A DNA stretch of 64,000 bases from Opitutaceae bacterium (GTDB lineage: Bacteria > Verrucomicrobiota > Verrucomicrobiia > Opitutales > Opitutaceae), in assembly GCA_049428505.1 (NCBI GenBank), contig JBMTAG010000001.1, forward strand, positions 13,154 through 77,153, written 5' to 3'. How positions within the stretch are numbered: the first letter of the stretch is position 1; each line of letters opens with the position of its first letter. Both the position numbers and the translations under genes were made by a program. Below the pieces are notes generated by a model that did not search any database, was not told where the DNA came from, and worked only from the letters and a program-made list of their open reading frames with translations. Positions 1 through 8,838 of the stretch are shown here, in pieces.

Positions 1-323
1 GGCGCCGCCGCATAGATCACGTCCAGGTAGGGGATGCCACGCTCCATCCGGTTCAGCTCGAGCCGGGCGAAGGCCTTGACCGCCCCTTCGTCGTGCCGGT
101 GCTGCTCGGCGAATTCCACGATCCGCGCCAGGACGGTATGCCGGCCGCCCACCAGGGATTTGCCCGAAACGACCGCGTCGACCAAGTCCGCCGGCATCAC
201 CGCCGCCCGTCGCAGGGCATAGGCCCGCTCGCAGACGATGAAGACGGCGGCCGCCGAGCAGACCGCGAGGGGGTAGATCAGCACGCCGGCGCCCTTCAGA
301 ACCTCAATCATCGCGAGAAGCAT
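1..323 (-). CDS. MotA/TolQ/ExbB-family proton-channel protein, N-terminal part (gene continues beyond window start)
   Basis: Not in the ORF track because it runs off the edge. Manual translation from ATG at 323..321 gives MLLAMIEVLKGAGVLIYPLAVCSAAAVFIVCERAYALRRAAVMPADLV... The first-TM pattern G-x-V-x-x-YPL...S...ER..L is typical of ExbB/TolQ. Confidence 0.55.
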   Translation of the reverse strand, partial: MLLAMIEVLKGAGVLIYPLAVCSAAAVFIVCERAYALRRAAVMPADLVDAVVSGKSLVGGRHTVLARIVEFAEQHRHDEGAVKAFARLELNRMERGIPYLDVIYAAA

Positions 324-446
324 GGGTGGAAATGACCGTGTGCGAGTCAGACGAGGGCGCGAGGGAAAAGTTCAAACGGCGGGCCACGGCGCCGGAAAAT
401 TTCACCCGCGATTGCGCGTTGCTGCCCCCTGTGCTCCTTGCCTCCG

Positions 447-722
447 ATGTCGTTCCGCTGGTCCCTCGCCCATTGCCTGCGCGGCGCCGCCTTGCTCCTG
501 CTCCTTGGGGGCCTCGGCGTCTGGCTCGCCACCGGGGCCCATCTCGGATTCACCCAGACCAGCGTCGTCACAATGCAGCGGGACGAGGTCACGGGCATCG
601 ACTATCCCCAACGCCGCCCTGGCTTTGTCGCCGGCGTAGAGTTCCCCCTGGGCACGGCCGGCGCCGCGACGGTCCTCGCCCTGCTCTCGCTCGCGGCTGA
701 CCGCCGCGGCGCCGGGGCGTGA
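447..722 (+). CDS. hypothetical small membrane protein
   Basis: ORF 438..722 (TTG) has an ATG at 447. Two hydrophobic segments are present (AALLLLLGGLGVWLATGA and TAGAATVLALLSLAA). The stop overlaps the GTG of the next gene (GTGA at 719-722). No family recognised. Confidence 0.4.
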   Translation: MSFRWSLAHCLRGAALLLLLGGLGVWLATGAHLGFTQTSVVTMQRDEVTGIDYPQRRPGFVAGVEFPLGTAGAATVLALLSLAADRRGAGA

Positions 723-1363
723 ACCCTTTTTTCCCGATGCACTACCACCACCTCGCTCGCCTCCCGATCCTTGTTGTCGCCCTCGGGCTCGCCGCCCAAG
801 CCGCCCCCCTCACCTTCGATTTCAAGGATCCGAAGGGAGTGAACAACGTCCAATTCAGCCTCGACGCCCCGCTCGAATCGATCACCGGCACCGGCACCGG
901 GATCTCCGGCGCGGTGAGCTTCGATCCCGCGCAACCCGCCGCCACCAAGGGTAAGATCGTGCTCGACGCCAAGTCCCTGACGGTGGGGAACCCGATGATG
1001 GCCGAGCATCTCCGCGGGGAAAACTGGCTCGATGTCGCCAAGCACCCCGCGATCACCTTTGAGGCGGTGAGCGTGGCGAACGTCCGGACCCAGGGGAATG
1101 TCGTGACCGCTGACGTGAGTGGAAAGCTCACCATCCGAGGCGTCACCAAGGAGATCAAGGTCCCCGTGTCATTCACCCACCTGCCCGACAAGCTGGGCGC
1201 CCGGGTCAACGATCCCAAGATCAAGGGGGATCTGCTGGTGCTGCGCGCCAACTTCTCCATCAACCGTGCGGACTTTGGCATCCAGCCGGGCAGGAACGCC
1301 GACAAGGTCGCGGAGACGATCCAGCTCTCGCTGAGCATCGCCGGCGCCGCGCCCAAGGCCTGA
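719..1363 (+). CDS. YceI-family periplasmic protein
   Basis: Signal peptide (LPILVVALGLAAQA). YceI-like core: KGKIVLDAKSLTVGNPMMAEHLRGENWLDVAKHPAITFE...KLTIRGVTKEIKVPV. Start is GTG 719 or ATG 737. Confidence 0.8.
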   Translation: MNPFFPMHYHHLARLPILVVALGLAAQAAPLTFDFKDPKGVNNVQFSLDAPLESITGTGTGISGAVSFDPAQPAATKGKIVLDAKSLTVGNPMMAEHLRGENWLDVAKHPAITFEAVSVANVRTQGNVVTADVSGKLTIRGVTKEIKVPVSFTHLPDKLGARVNDPKIKGDLLVLRANFSINRADFGIQPGRNADKVAETIQLSLSIAGAAPKA

Positions 1364-1375
1364 GCTCTGCCGCTC

Positions 1376-1404
1376 CCGGGGCGGGTCGGACCTCCCGTCC
1401 CCGG
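1376..1404. terminator. GC-rich hairpin between convergent genes (possible bidirectional terminator)
   Basis: CCGGGGCGGG-tcggacct-CCCG(T)CCCCGG lies between the yceI-like stop (1361-1363) and the trpF stop (1405-1407). There is no U-tract. Confidence 0.3.
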
Positions 1405-2073
1405 TCAGGGCGCAGCCGCGGGCCCGCCGGCCGCGTGGCCACGGATCGCCGCCGCCAGTTGAATGATCTTCGCGGCGTCCTTCACGCCGGGCCCGCTTTC
1501 CACGCCGCTGTTGACGTCGATCCAGCGTGCCCCGCTCGCGGCGAGGGCGGCGACCACGTTGTCGGGCCCCAGTCCGCCCGCGAGGATCCATTGGCGCTCC
1601 GGGTGCTCCGCCCGGCAGCGTGCGTAGTAGGACCAATCCCCCGGCTGCCCGCTGCCGCCGAAACCGGCGGGGTGGTAGGTGTCGACCAGCATCGTCCCGG
1701 CGGCGGCCAGCCACTCCGGCCGCCACGCCGAGCCGGCTGGAACCTTGGGCGCGAGCCAGAGCCGCCCGGGAGCCGCCGCGGCCCAGGCCGCGATCGTCTC
1801 CGGCGTGGTCTCCACGCGAAAGTGCACCTGCAGGTGGTCAAAACCCGCTGCGATGAGCCCGGGCAATTCCTCGGCTCGCGGTTCGACCGTCACCGCGACC
1901 TTTTGCCGCGGCGGGAGTCGAGGCAGGAGCGCGCGGAACTGCTCCAGCGCGATCCAGCGCGGGGATTTCGGATAGAGGATGAATCCGAGGTAATCGGCTC
2001 CGGCCTGATCCGCCGCCTCCGCATCGACCAAGGACCGCAGCCCGCAGATCTTGACTCGGATGCCGGCGATCAT
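1405..2073 (-). CDS. trpF: phosphoribosylanthranilate isomerase
   Basis: Internal ATG of ORF 1405..2232 gives MIAGIRVKICGLRSLVDAEAADQAGADYLGFILYPKSPR...WILAGGLGPDNV...DVNSGVE, the typical TrpF pattern. The upstream part of the ORF is Arg/Pro-rich junk. Confidence 0.85.
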   Translation of the reverse strand: MIAGIRVKICGLRSLVDAEAADQAGADYLGFILYPKSPRWIALEQFRALLPRLPPRQKVAVTVEPRAEELPGLIAAGFDHLQVHFRVETTPETIAAWAAAAPGRLWLAPKVPAGSAWRPEWLAAAGTMLVDTYHPAGFGGSGQPGDWSYYARCRAEHPERQWILAGGLGPDNVVAALAASGARWIDVNSGVESGPGVKDAAKIIQLAAAIRGHAAGGPAAAP

Positions 2074-2090
2074 CGGGCCTGCGTCTCCGC

Positions 2091-3185
2091 TCAGAAGGAG
2101 TTCACCGACCGGATGACATGCTCGACCTGGGCGTCGGTCAGTTCCGGGAAGATCGGTAAACTCAGACAGGTCTCCGCCGCCCGTTCGGCCCGGGGAAAGG
2201 AGCCCGGACCCTGGCCGAGGGCGGCATAGCAAGGCTGCAAATGCAGCGGTCGGGGATAGATCAGGTCCGTCCCGACCTCGAGCCGCGCCAAGTGGGCGCG
2301 GAGCTGATCCCGCCGCGGATGCAGCAGGGTGAATTGATGAAAGACCGAGGCCCCGTGCGCCTCGGGCGCCGGCAACCGGGTGTCAGCCAACCGAATTTCC
2401 CTGCGGTAGTGGGCCGCGATGGCCTGCCGGCGCGCCGTCCACCCGGCGAGGTGCGGGAGCTTCACGTTGAGCAGAGCCCCCTGGAAGCCGTCCATCCGGA
2501 AATTTCCGCCGATGATGTCGTGCTGGTAGCGCCGGTCGGAGCCGTGCACCCGCACGTGCCGGGCCCGGGTCAACAGCGCACCGTCGCGGGCGACGAATGC
2601 CCCCGCCTCCCCGCAGGCGCCCAGGTTCTTGGTCGGATAGAAGCTGAACGTCCCCGCGTCTCCCAGCAGGCCCACGGGTGTGTTCCGGTAACAGGCCCCC
2701 ACCGCCTGCGCGCAATCCTCGATCACGAAGAGCCCGTGCCGGCGCGCGATTGCCAGGATCTCGTCCATCCGTGCCGGTTGGCCAAACAGGTGCACCACCA
2801 CGATGCCGCGGGTGCGCGGGGTGATCGCGGCGGCAAGACGCTCCGGGTCGAGGTTGAAGCCACCCTCCTCGATGTCCGCGAAGACCGGTGTCGCGCGGAC
2901 GTAACTGATGCCCCACGCGGAGGAGATGAAGGTGAAGGGCGAAGTGATGACCTCGTCGCCCGGGCCAAAGCCCGCCAAAAGGCAGGCGACATGCAGCGGG
3001 GACGTGCCGCTGTTCATCCCGAGCACTGCCGGGTAACCTAGGGCGGAGGCAAACGCGCGCTCGAATTCCTCGACGTCGGATCCGAGGCAGAAACGGTTCG
3101 CGTCGTAGGTGGCGGCGAGCGCCGTGAGCGCCTGCTCGCGCAGGGCCCGGTGCTGCAGGGAGAGGTCGAGGAACGGGACCTTCAT
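2091..3185 (-). CDS. DegT/DnrJ/EryC1/StrS-family PLP-dependent aminotransferase
   Basis: MKVPFLDLSLQHRALREQ..., GDEVITSPFTF, FVIEDCAQAVGA, and the PLP-lysine motif FSFYPTKNLGACGEAGA. Confidence 0.85.
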   Translation of the reverse strand: MKVPFLDLSLQHRALREQALTALAATYDANRFCLGSDVEEFERAFASALGYPAVLGMNSGTSPLHVACLLAGFGPGDEVITSPFTFISSAWGISYVRATPVFADIEEGGFNLDPERLAAAITPRTRGIVVVHLFGQPARMDEILAIARRHGLFVIEDCAQAVGACYRNTPVGLLGDAGTFSFYPTKNLGACGEAGAFVARDGALLTRARHVRVHGSDRRYQHDIIGGNFRMDGFQGALLNVKLPHLAGWTARRQAIAAHYRREIRLADTRLPAPEAHGASVFHQFTLLHPRRDQLRAHLARLEVGTDLIYPRPLHLQPCYAALGQGPGSFPRAERAAETCLSLPIFPELTDAQVEHVIRSVNSF

Positions 3186-3967
3186 CGCGGCAAGGCGGCC
3201 AGGAGGGCGGCCACCAAATCATCCAACGATGGCGTGGCAGCCTCGAAGGCCACCTCCAACCCGGCCTTGCGCAGCGCCTGCGTGGTCAGCGGTCCAATGC
3301 TGCCCGCGAGCGGCCGGCGCGCCGCCGCCGTCAGCCGCAGGGCGGAGGACTGGGCCGCGTAGGATTCCACCGCGGAGGCCGAGGCGAACAGGATCGCATC
3401 CGCCCCGCCGCGGCGGAAGTCGGCGGCAGTGGCATCCGCGGCCAGGTCCGTTGGCTCCGTGCGATAAACGGGCAGGCGATCGACGATCGCGCGCGCCTCC
3501 TCCAGGCGGCGCACCAGGGTGTCACGGTTCAGGTTACCCGTGACCACAAGCACCTTGGCGCTGTCGAGGCTGCCCGTCGCGATCAGGGCCTCGGCGAGGG
3601 CGTCCCCGGTGGCCACGGCGGGCTGGCACTCGACCCGCAGATGCTGCTCGCGAATCGCCGCCGCCGTGGTGTCACCCACCGCCGCGAAGCGCAGCAGGCC
3701 GAGCGAACGGATATCGTCGAAGATCCGGTGGAACTCCTCGAAGAAACAGCGCACGCCATTGGCGCTGGTGAAGACGATCCAGTCGTAGGTGCCGAGCTCG
3801 AGCAGGACATCCGCCAGGTTCTGCTTGTCGATGTCCTTGCGGACGCTGATGAGCGGCAGTTCGAGCACCTCCGCCCCGAGGGCCACGAGGCGCCGACCGA
3901 GCTCGGGCGCCTGTTCCCGGGCGCGGGTGACGGCGATCCGCTTTCCAGCCAGGGGCGCGGCCGTCAT
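3182..3967 (-). CDS. hemD: uroporphyrinogen-III synthase
   Basis: C-terminal 261 aa of ORF 3182..4843, starting MTAAPLAGKRIAVTRAREQAPELGRRLVALGAEVLELPLI...WIVFTSANGV. The ATG at 3967 overlaps the hemC stop (ATGA). Confidence 0.8.
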   Translation of the reverse strand: MTAAPLAGKRIAVTRAREQAPELGRRLVALGAEVLELPLISVRKDIDKQNLADVLLELGTYDWIVFTSANGVRCFFEEFHRIFDDIRSLGLLRFAAVGDTTAAAIREQHLRVECQPAVATGDALAEALIATGSLDSAKVLVVTGNLNRDTLVRRLEEARAIVDRLPVYRTEPTDLAADATAADFRRGGADAILFASASAVESYAAQSSALRLTAAARRPLAGSIGPLTTQALRKAGLEVAFEAATPSLDDLVAALLAALPR

Positions 3968-4821
3968 CGGTGCAGCCCCCATTCCCGCAGCCACCGGTCG
4001 GCGGTCTCCGCCGGCGCGGCGAAATCCCCGGGCGCCAAGGTCGCCTGCCGGATACCAGCGGCCTCGTGGAAGAGATGCAGCCGGCCCTCCGCGACGTGGG
4101 CCGCGAACGCGGTCTGGCAGCCCCCGCCGAGTGCCGCCTGAAAGGCGCGCTCGATGGAGACCGCCGCATGCGTCGCGGCATCGAAGCAGCCGGCGAGCCG
4201 GGCGGCATCCGCGGCACGGCACTGGATCGCGATGGCCCCCTGCCCGACGGCAGGCACCGCCGCGTCGAACCCAAGGGGCGTGAAGGTGAGGCCGGGCCAC
4301 GCGCTGATGCCCAGCCGGTGCAGCCCGGCCGCCGCCAAAATGGTCCCGTCCGCCAGCTGCTGCTCGGCGATCTTGCGCAGGCGGGTGTCGACGTTCCCGC
4401 GGATCTCGGTGAAGGCCACTTCCGGGAACAGGCGCTGAACCTGGAGCCGCCGGCGCGGACTGCCGGTCGCGAGCACCCGCGGCGCGGTTACTCCCTCGCG
4501 GAGCACCAGCACGTCCCGCGCGTCGGCGCGGGGGAGATAGCCGGCGATCGCCAGCCCGGCCGCCATTTCCCCGGGCAGGTCCTTGGTGCTGTGCACGGCC
4601 ACGTCCGCCTCCCCGCGCAGCAGGGCCGCCTCCAACTCGCTCGTGAAGAGCCCCTTTCCGCCCTTCTGCTCCAGAGACCATTCGGTCTGCCGGTCGCCCG
4701 TGGTGACGAGGCGGAGTTCCGCAGTCTCCACGCCCAGATTGGCGCGCAGGACGGCGGCCACCATCCCGGTTTGCGCCAGGGCGAGCGGGCTCTTGCGGGT
4801 GGCGAGGGTCAGGGTCGGCAT
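3964..4821 (-). CDS. hemC: hydroxymethylbilane synthase (porphobilinogen deaminase)
   Basis: MPTLTLATRKSPLALAQT..., DVAVHSTKDLP, GSPRRRLQ, RGNVDTRLRK, and the cofactor-cysteine motif ALGGGCQTA. Confidence 0.9.
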   Translation of the reverse strand: MPTLTLATRKSPLALAQTGMVAAVLRANLGVETAELRLVTTGDRQTEWSLEQKGGKGLFTSELEAALLRGEADVAVHSTKDLPGEMAAGLAIAGYLPRADARDVLVLREGVTAPRVLATGSPRRRLQVQRLFPEVAFTEIRGNVDTRLRKIAEQQLADGTILAAAGLHRLGISAWPGLTFTPLGFDAAVPAVGQGAIAIQCRAADAARLAGCFDAATHAAVSIERAFQAALGGGCQTAFAAHVAEGRLHLFHEAAGIRQATLAPGDFAAPAETADRWLREWGLHR

Positions 4822-4885
4822 CAGGGTAAAAGAGAGGGCGCAAAGACCGTGGTCTCGGCGCCCTCGCGGAGGAATCGGCAGGCGA

Positions 4886-5914
4886 TCAGGAATAGGACGC
4901 CTGGACGCCCTTGATGTTCTTCTTGGTCATCCAGGGCATCATCGAGCGGAGGTAGGCCCCGGTCTTCTCGATCTTGTGCTTTTCCCCGGCCTTGAGCAGG
5001 GCGTGGTACTTCTTCAGTCCGCCCTTGTACTCCTTGACCCACTCCTGGGTGAACTTGCCGGTCTGGATCTCCTTCAGGATCTTCTTCATCTCCGCCTTGG
5101 TCTGGCGGTTGACCACGCGCGGACCACGGGTGATGTCGCCGTACTTCGCCGTCTCGGAGATCGAGAAACGCATCCCGGCGATGCCGCTCTCGTACATCAG
5201 GTCGCAGATCAGCTTCAGCTCGTGGAGGCACTCGAAGTAGGCCATCTCCGGCTGGTAGCCCGCCTCGACGAGGGTCTCGAAACCCGCCTGCACGAGCGCG
5301 CTGGCGCCGCCGCAGAGGACGGCCTGTTCGCCGAAGAGATCGGTCTCGGTCTCCTCCTTGAAGGAGGTCTTGAGCACGCCCGCCCGGGTCGAGCCGATAC
5401 CCTTGGCCCACGCCAGCGCGGTCTTCAGCGCCCGCTTGGACTTGTCCTGCGCGACCGCCACCAGGGCGGGCATTCCCTTGCCCTCGGCATAAAGGCGGCG
5501 GACCATGTGGCCGGGACCCTTCGGGGCGACCATGATGCAGTCGATGTCCTTGTGCAGCTTGATCAGGCCGAAGTGGACGCTCAACCCGTGGGAGAACAGC
5601 AGGGTCTTGCCCTTGGCGAGGTTGGGCAGGATGTCCTGAACGTAAACGTCCGCCTGCTTCATGTCCGGGAGGCCGACCATGATCACGTCGGCGCGACGGA
5701 CCGCCTCGGCGGTGTCGACGACCTCGAAGCCGTGCTGCTCGGCGACCGCACGGGACTTGGAGCCCGGGTAAAGGCCGATGAGGACCTTGCAGCCGCTGTC
5801 CTTGAGGTTCAGCGCATGGGCGTGGCCTTGGGAACCGTAGCCGAGGACGGCGAGCGTTTTGTTGGCGAACACGCCGAGATCGGCGTCTTTGTCGGTGTAG
5901 ACTTTGGCGGGCAT
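4886..5914 (-). CDS. ilvC: ketol-acid reductoisomerase
   Basis: Full-length match to the class I KARI pattern: [21 protein letters not shown]...FSHGLSVHF...[17 protein letters not shown]. Confidence 0.95.
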   Translation of the reverse strand: MPAKVYTDKDADLGVFANKTLAVLGYGSQGHAHALNLKDSGCKVLIGLYPGSKSRAVAEQHGFEVVDTAEAVRRADVIMVGLPDMKQADVYVQDILPNLAKGKTLLFSHGLSVHFGLIKLHKDIDCIMVAPKGPGHMVRRLYAEGKGMPALVAVAQDKSKRALKTALAWAKGIGSTRAGVLKTSFKEETETDLFGEQAVLCGGASALVQAGFETLVEAGYQPEMAYFECLHELKLICDLMYESGIAGMRFSISETAKYGDITRGPRVVNRQTKAEMKKILKEIQTGKFTQEWVKEYKGGLKKYHALLKAGEKHKIEKTGAYLRSMMPWMTKKNIKGVQASYS

Positions 5915-5929
5915 GGGTGAAAAGGGAGT

Positions 5930-6400
5930 TTAGCGCTTGAGGGCGAGGCGGCCGGTGCGGGCGATCTCGAGGATGCCGAAGGGCTCCAGCAGGCTGAGCA
6001 GGGCGCCGATCTTGTCGTCGGTGCCGGTGAGCTCGATGATGAGGTTATCCGGCGTGAGGTTCACGATCTTCGCGCGGAAGATGTCGGCCACCTGCACGAT
6101 CTCCGAGCGGGAACGGGCGTCGGCCCGGACCTTGACCAGCACCAGCTCGCGCTCGACCGCCTGCCCCTCGGTGAAATCCACCACCTCGACCACGTTGACC
6201 AGCTTCCGCAGCTGCTTGATGCAGAGGTCGAGCTGCGCCTCGTCGCCCTTGAGGACGGTGGTGATGCGCGACAGCGAGGCGTCGTGCGTCGGCGCGACGT
6301 TCAGCGAGTCGATGTTGAACCCGCGTCCGGAGAACATCCCGGACACGCGGGCGAGGACGCCGAACTTGTTTTCGACGAGGACGGAGATCGTGTGGCGCAT
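5930..6400 (-). CDS. ilvN: acetolactate synthase small (regulatory) subunit
   Basis: MRHTISVLVENKFGVLARVSGMFSGRGFNIDSLNVAPT... is an ACT domain, followed by the C-terminal ALS_ss_C-like part. The gene lies next to ilvC. Confidence 0.9.
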   Translation of the reverse strand: MRHTISVLVENKFGVLARVSGMFSGRGFNIDSLNVAPTHDASLSRITTVLKGDEAQLDLCIKQLRKLVNVVEVVDFTEGQAVERELVLVKVRADARSRSEIVQVADIFRAKIVNLTPDNLIIELTGTDDKIGALLSLLEPFGILEIARTGRLALKR

Positions 6401-6473
6401 GGGGAAAGGGAAGTGAGTGGCAAAAATCGGGGGGAGGCCAGCCGAAGTTCAAGCTTCCCGGGCGGAAGGCGGC

Positions 6474-6550
6474 TGGTGGACGCTGAGGGACTCGAACCCC
6501 CGACCCTCTCGGTGTAAACGAGATGCTCTAACCAACTGAGCTAAGCGTCC
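6474..6550 (-). tRNA. tRNA-Val (anticodon TAC), CCA encoded
   Basis: The reverse complement folds as a perfect cloverleaf: GGACGCT TA GCTC AGTTGGTTA GAGC A TCTCG TTTACAC CGAGA GGGTC GGGGG TTCGAGT CCCTC AGCGTCC ACCA. The acceptor stem has 7 bp and the anticodon loop is TT-TAC-AC. Confidence 0.9.
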
Positions 6551-6562
6551 GGACCGTCGCGG

Positions 6563-7612
6563 TCAGGCGCCCGCGGGCCGCAGCAGGCCCTCGCGCACCA
6601 TCAGCTCGGCGTTCTGGACGGCGTTGAGCGCCGCCCCCTTCCAAAGGTTGTCTCCGCTCACCCACAGGGCGAGCCCGTTGTCGAGGGCGGTGTCGAGCCG
6701 GACGCGCCCCACCCCGCACTTCACCTTGCGGGAGAACTCGAGCGGGGTCGGGTAACGCCGTTGCGCCGGGTCGTCCAGCAACTCCGCCCCGGCGAACGCG
6801 GCGATCGCCGCCCGCGCGGCCTCCACGGTGACCGGTCGCTCGAACTCCGCGTTCACCGCCACGGAGTGCGCCCGCACGACGGGAACCCGCACCGTCGTGG
6901 CTGAGACGCGCAGCTCCGGGAGGCCCATGATCTTGCGGCTCTCGAGCATCATCTTCGTCTCCTCGCCCGTGTAGCCGTTCGGGCCGAACGAATCCACCTG
7001 CGGGATCAAATTGAAGGCGATCGGGTACGGATAGACCTTCGGCTCCGTCGGCGTCCCCCGCACATGTCCCTGCACCTGTTCCTCCAACTCGCGGATCGCC
7101 TCGGCCCCTGTCCCGGAGACGGACTGGTAGGTGGCGGCGAAGTAACGCCGCAGGCCGAAGGCCTGATGCAGCGGCCACAGCGCCATCAGGGTCACCGCCG
7201 TCGAGCAGTTCGGGTTGGCGATGATCCCACGGTGCCGCCGCAATTCCTCCGGATTGATCTCGGGAATCACCAACGGGACATCGGGCTCCATCCGGTAGTG
7301 CGAACTCTTGTCGATCACCAGGCATCCGGCGCGGACGGCATCCGGCGCCAGCGCGCGCGTGACGGATCCGCCCGCGGCGAAAAACGCGAGGTCAACGCCG
7401 GCGAAGACCCCAGGGCGGGCTTCCTCAATGGGATAAGTCCGGCCCGCGCAGGTCACCGTTCGGCCCGCGGATCGCGCCGAGGCGAACAGCCGCAACGCTT
7501 TCAGGGGGAAACCCCGGTCGTGCAGCAAATGCAGCAGCTCTTGACCGACAGCGCCCGTGGCGCCGACGATGCCGACCGTGACGGAGGGTGAATTCACGCG
7601 GGAATCAGCCAT
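6563..7612 (-). CDS. asd: aspartate-semialdehyde dehydrogenase
   Basis: VGIVGATGAVGQELL..., active-site IANPNCSTAV, SVSGTG, RVPVVRAHS. Start is ATG 7612 (alternative GTG 7597). The longer ORF up to 7693 is unlikely. Confidence 0.9.
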   Translation of the reverse strand: MADSRVNSPSVTVGIVGATGAVGQELLHLLHDRGFPLKALRLFASARSAGRTVTCAGRTYPIEEARPGVFAGVDLAFFAAGGSVTRALAPDAVRAGCLVIDKSSHYRMEPDVPLVIPEINPEELRRHRGIIANPNCSTAVTLMALWPLHQAFGLRRYFAATYQSVSGTGAEAIRELEEQVQGHVRGTPTEPKVYPYPIAFNLIPQVDSFGPNGYTGEETKMMLESRKIMGLPELRVSATTVRVPVVRAHSVAVNAEFERPVTVEAARAAIAAFAGAELLDDPAQRRYPTPLEFSRKVKCGVGRVRLDTALDNGLALWVSGDNLWKGAALNAVQNAELMVREGLLRPAGA

Positions 7613-8141
7613 GCAGCTGGCGAGCAAAGCCGGCGCGCGACTGGGCATCAAGCCCGGAGCGCGCCTGCTGCTCGTCCGGATCGGCACCGCCACGCTGCAG
7701 CTCTACCGCGAGGACCGTCTCGTCCGCGCCTACCCGGTTTCCACCTCGCGCCGCCCGCCCTCCAATGTCCGTGACTCCCTCGGCACGCCCCGCGGCTGGC
7801 ACGTCATCGCGGAGCGGATCGGCGCCGGCCAGCCCGCCGGGATGGTGTTCCGCGCCCGCATCCCCACCGGTCGCCACTGGAGCGAAGTTCCACCCGGCCC
7901 CGACGGCCAAGCTCCGGACCTCGTCACCTCGCGGATTCTGTGGCTGCGCGGCCTGGAGCCCGGGGTGAACCTCGGCGGCGACGTCGACACCTATTCCCGC
8001 TACGTCTACATCCACGGCACCAACCACGGTGACCGGATCGGCGAGCCGCTCAGCGCCGGCTGCGTGCTGCTCCGCGACGCGGAGATGATCGAGCTGTTCG
8101 ATGAGGTCCGCGCCGGGGACCTCGTCTGGATCACCGACTGA
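7611..8141 (+). CDS. L,D-transpeptidase (YkuD) catalytic-domain protein
   Basis: Internal ATG of ORF 7557..8141. The YkuD signature is YIHGTNHGDRIGEPLSAGCVLL, with the His ... Cys catalytic pair. Confidence 0.7.
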   Translation: MQLASKAGARLGIKPGARLLLVRIGTATLQLYREDRLVRAYPVSTSRRPPSNVRDSLGTPRGWHVIAERIGAGQPAGMVFRARIPTGRHWSEVPPGPDGQAPDLVTSRILWLRGLEPGVNLGGDVDTYSRYVYIHGTNHGDRIGEPLSAGCVLLRDAEMIELFDEVRAGDLVWITD

Positions 8142-8838
8142 CGCGCGCCGCCGGCCGATCGACAAGCAAACGGTACTGCACGGCGAAGGTGCCCGCCCGC
8201 AGCGGCGGCAGCAGCAGCAGCAGCGCGCGTTCGCCCTCGGCCAGCTTCAATTCGGTGGCGAGGGCCTGATAGCTCGCGCCCCTGGAACTGGTCCGCAGCA
8301 CCAACTGGCCCGTGCGCGGCACCGCCAACGCCGGATTGGGTCCCGGCCCCGTTTTCAGCGGCCGCCCACCAAGGGTTCCCTCCAGGGCGAGCCCGCTCAC
8401 GTTCACCAGCACCAACTGGCCAGCCCGGAATCGTGTCTCCCCATCGTCCAGCACCAGCGCGCGCCAGCGACCGGCGGCCTGCTCTTCCGGCAGCAGCACG
8501 ATCAGCGGGTTCGCCATGCCCGCGGGGATCTCAGCCTCGGCCAACGGGGCGCGGTCCTGCGGGGCGATCAACCGCAACGTCGCTGGTCCCCGATACTCGT
8601 AGCGCGGGGAACGCGCGAGCGGGTAAAACCGCAGCCGGGTCGGCGGCTGCCCCGGCGCGGCGAGGTAGGAGGCTTCCGCGGGCGGACGCGGACTGAACAC
8701 CGAGAACCTCAGGGTCACCATGGCCGCGGGGCTTCCTGCGTGCAGGGTCGCACCCGTCCAGCAGCCGGCGCTCGCGGCCGCGCCGATCAGCCACCGCCGG
8801 CGCGTCTGCGGCTCGGCGCCCCTCAAGCCCGAGCTCAT
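8131..8838 (-). CDS. hypothetical secreted protein, last gene of the pseudopilin operon
   Basis: The ATG at 8838 overlaps the stop of the upstream 1080-aa gene (ATGA). Signal-like N-terminus: MSSGLRGAEPQTRRRWLIGAAASAGCWTGATLHA. Composition is beta-rich and protein-like. No family recognised. Confidence 0.5.
   Translation of the reverse strand: MSSGLRGAEPQTRRRWLIGAAASAGCWTGATLHAGSPAAMVTLRFSVFSPRPPAEASYLAAPGQPPTRLRFYPLARSPRYEYRGPATLRLIAPQDRAPLAEAEIPAGMANPLIVLLPEEQAAGRWRALVLDDGETRFRAGQLVLVNVSGLALEGTLGGRPLKTGPGPNPALAVPRTGQLVLRTSSRGASYQALATELKLAEGERALLLLLPPLRAGTFAVQYRLLVDRPAARVSR

Noticed and set aside
3182-4843. 553-aa ORF that appears to fuse a long N-terminal extension to HemD
   Set aside because: The extension is the out-of-frame shadow of hemC. 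The real hemD starts at ATG 3967, overlapping the hemC stop. The same kind of artefactual N-terminal extension applies to ORFs 1405-2232, 12074-13963, 13165-14532, 22929-24302, 24104-25900, 41438-44512, 46262-47953 and 60534-62621.
6401-6473. Small hairpins and a T5 run between tRNA-Val and ilvN, as a terminator or leader
   Set aside because: The stems are only 4-5 bp, and the T-run is about 25 nt away from them. This is not convincing without transcript data.
6474-6550. tRNA-Val as a genomic-island integration site
   Set aside because: It is flanked directly by ilvN and asd. No integrase and no partial tRNA duplicate lie nearby.
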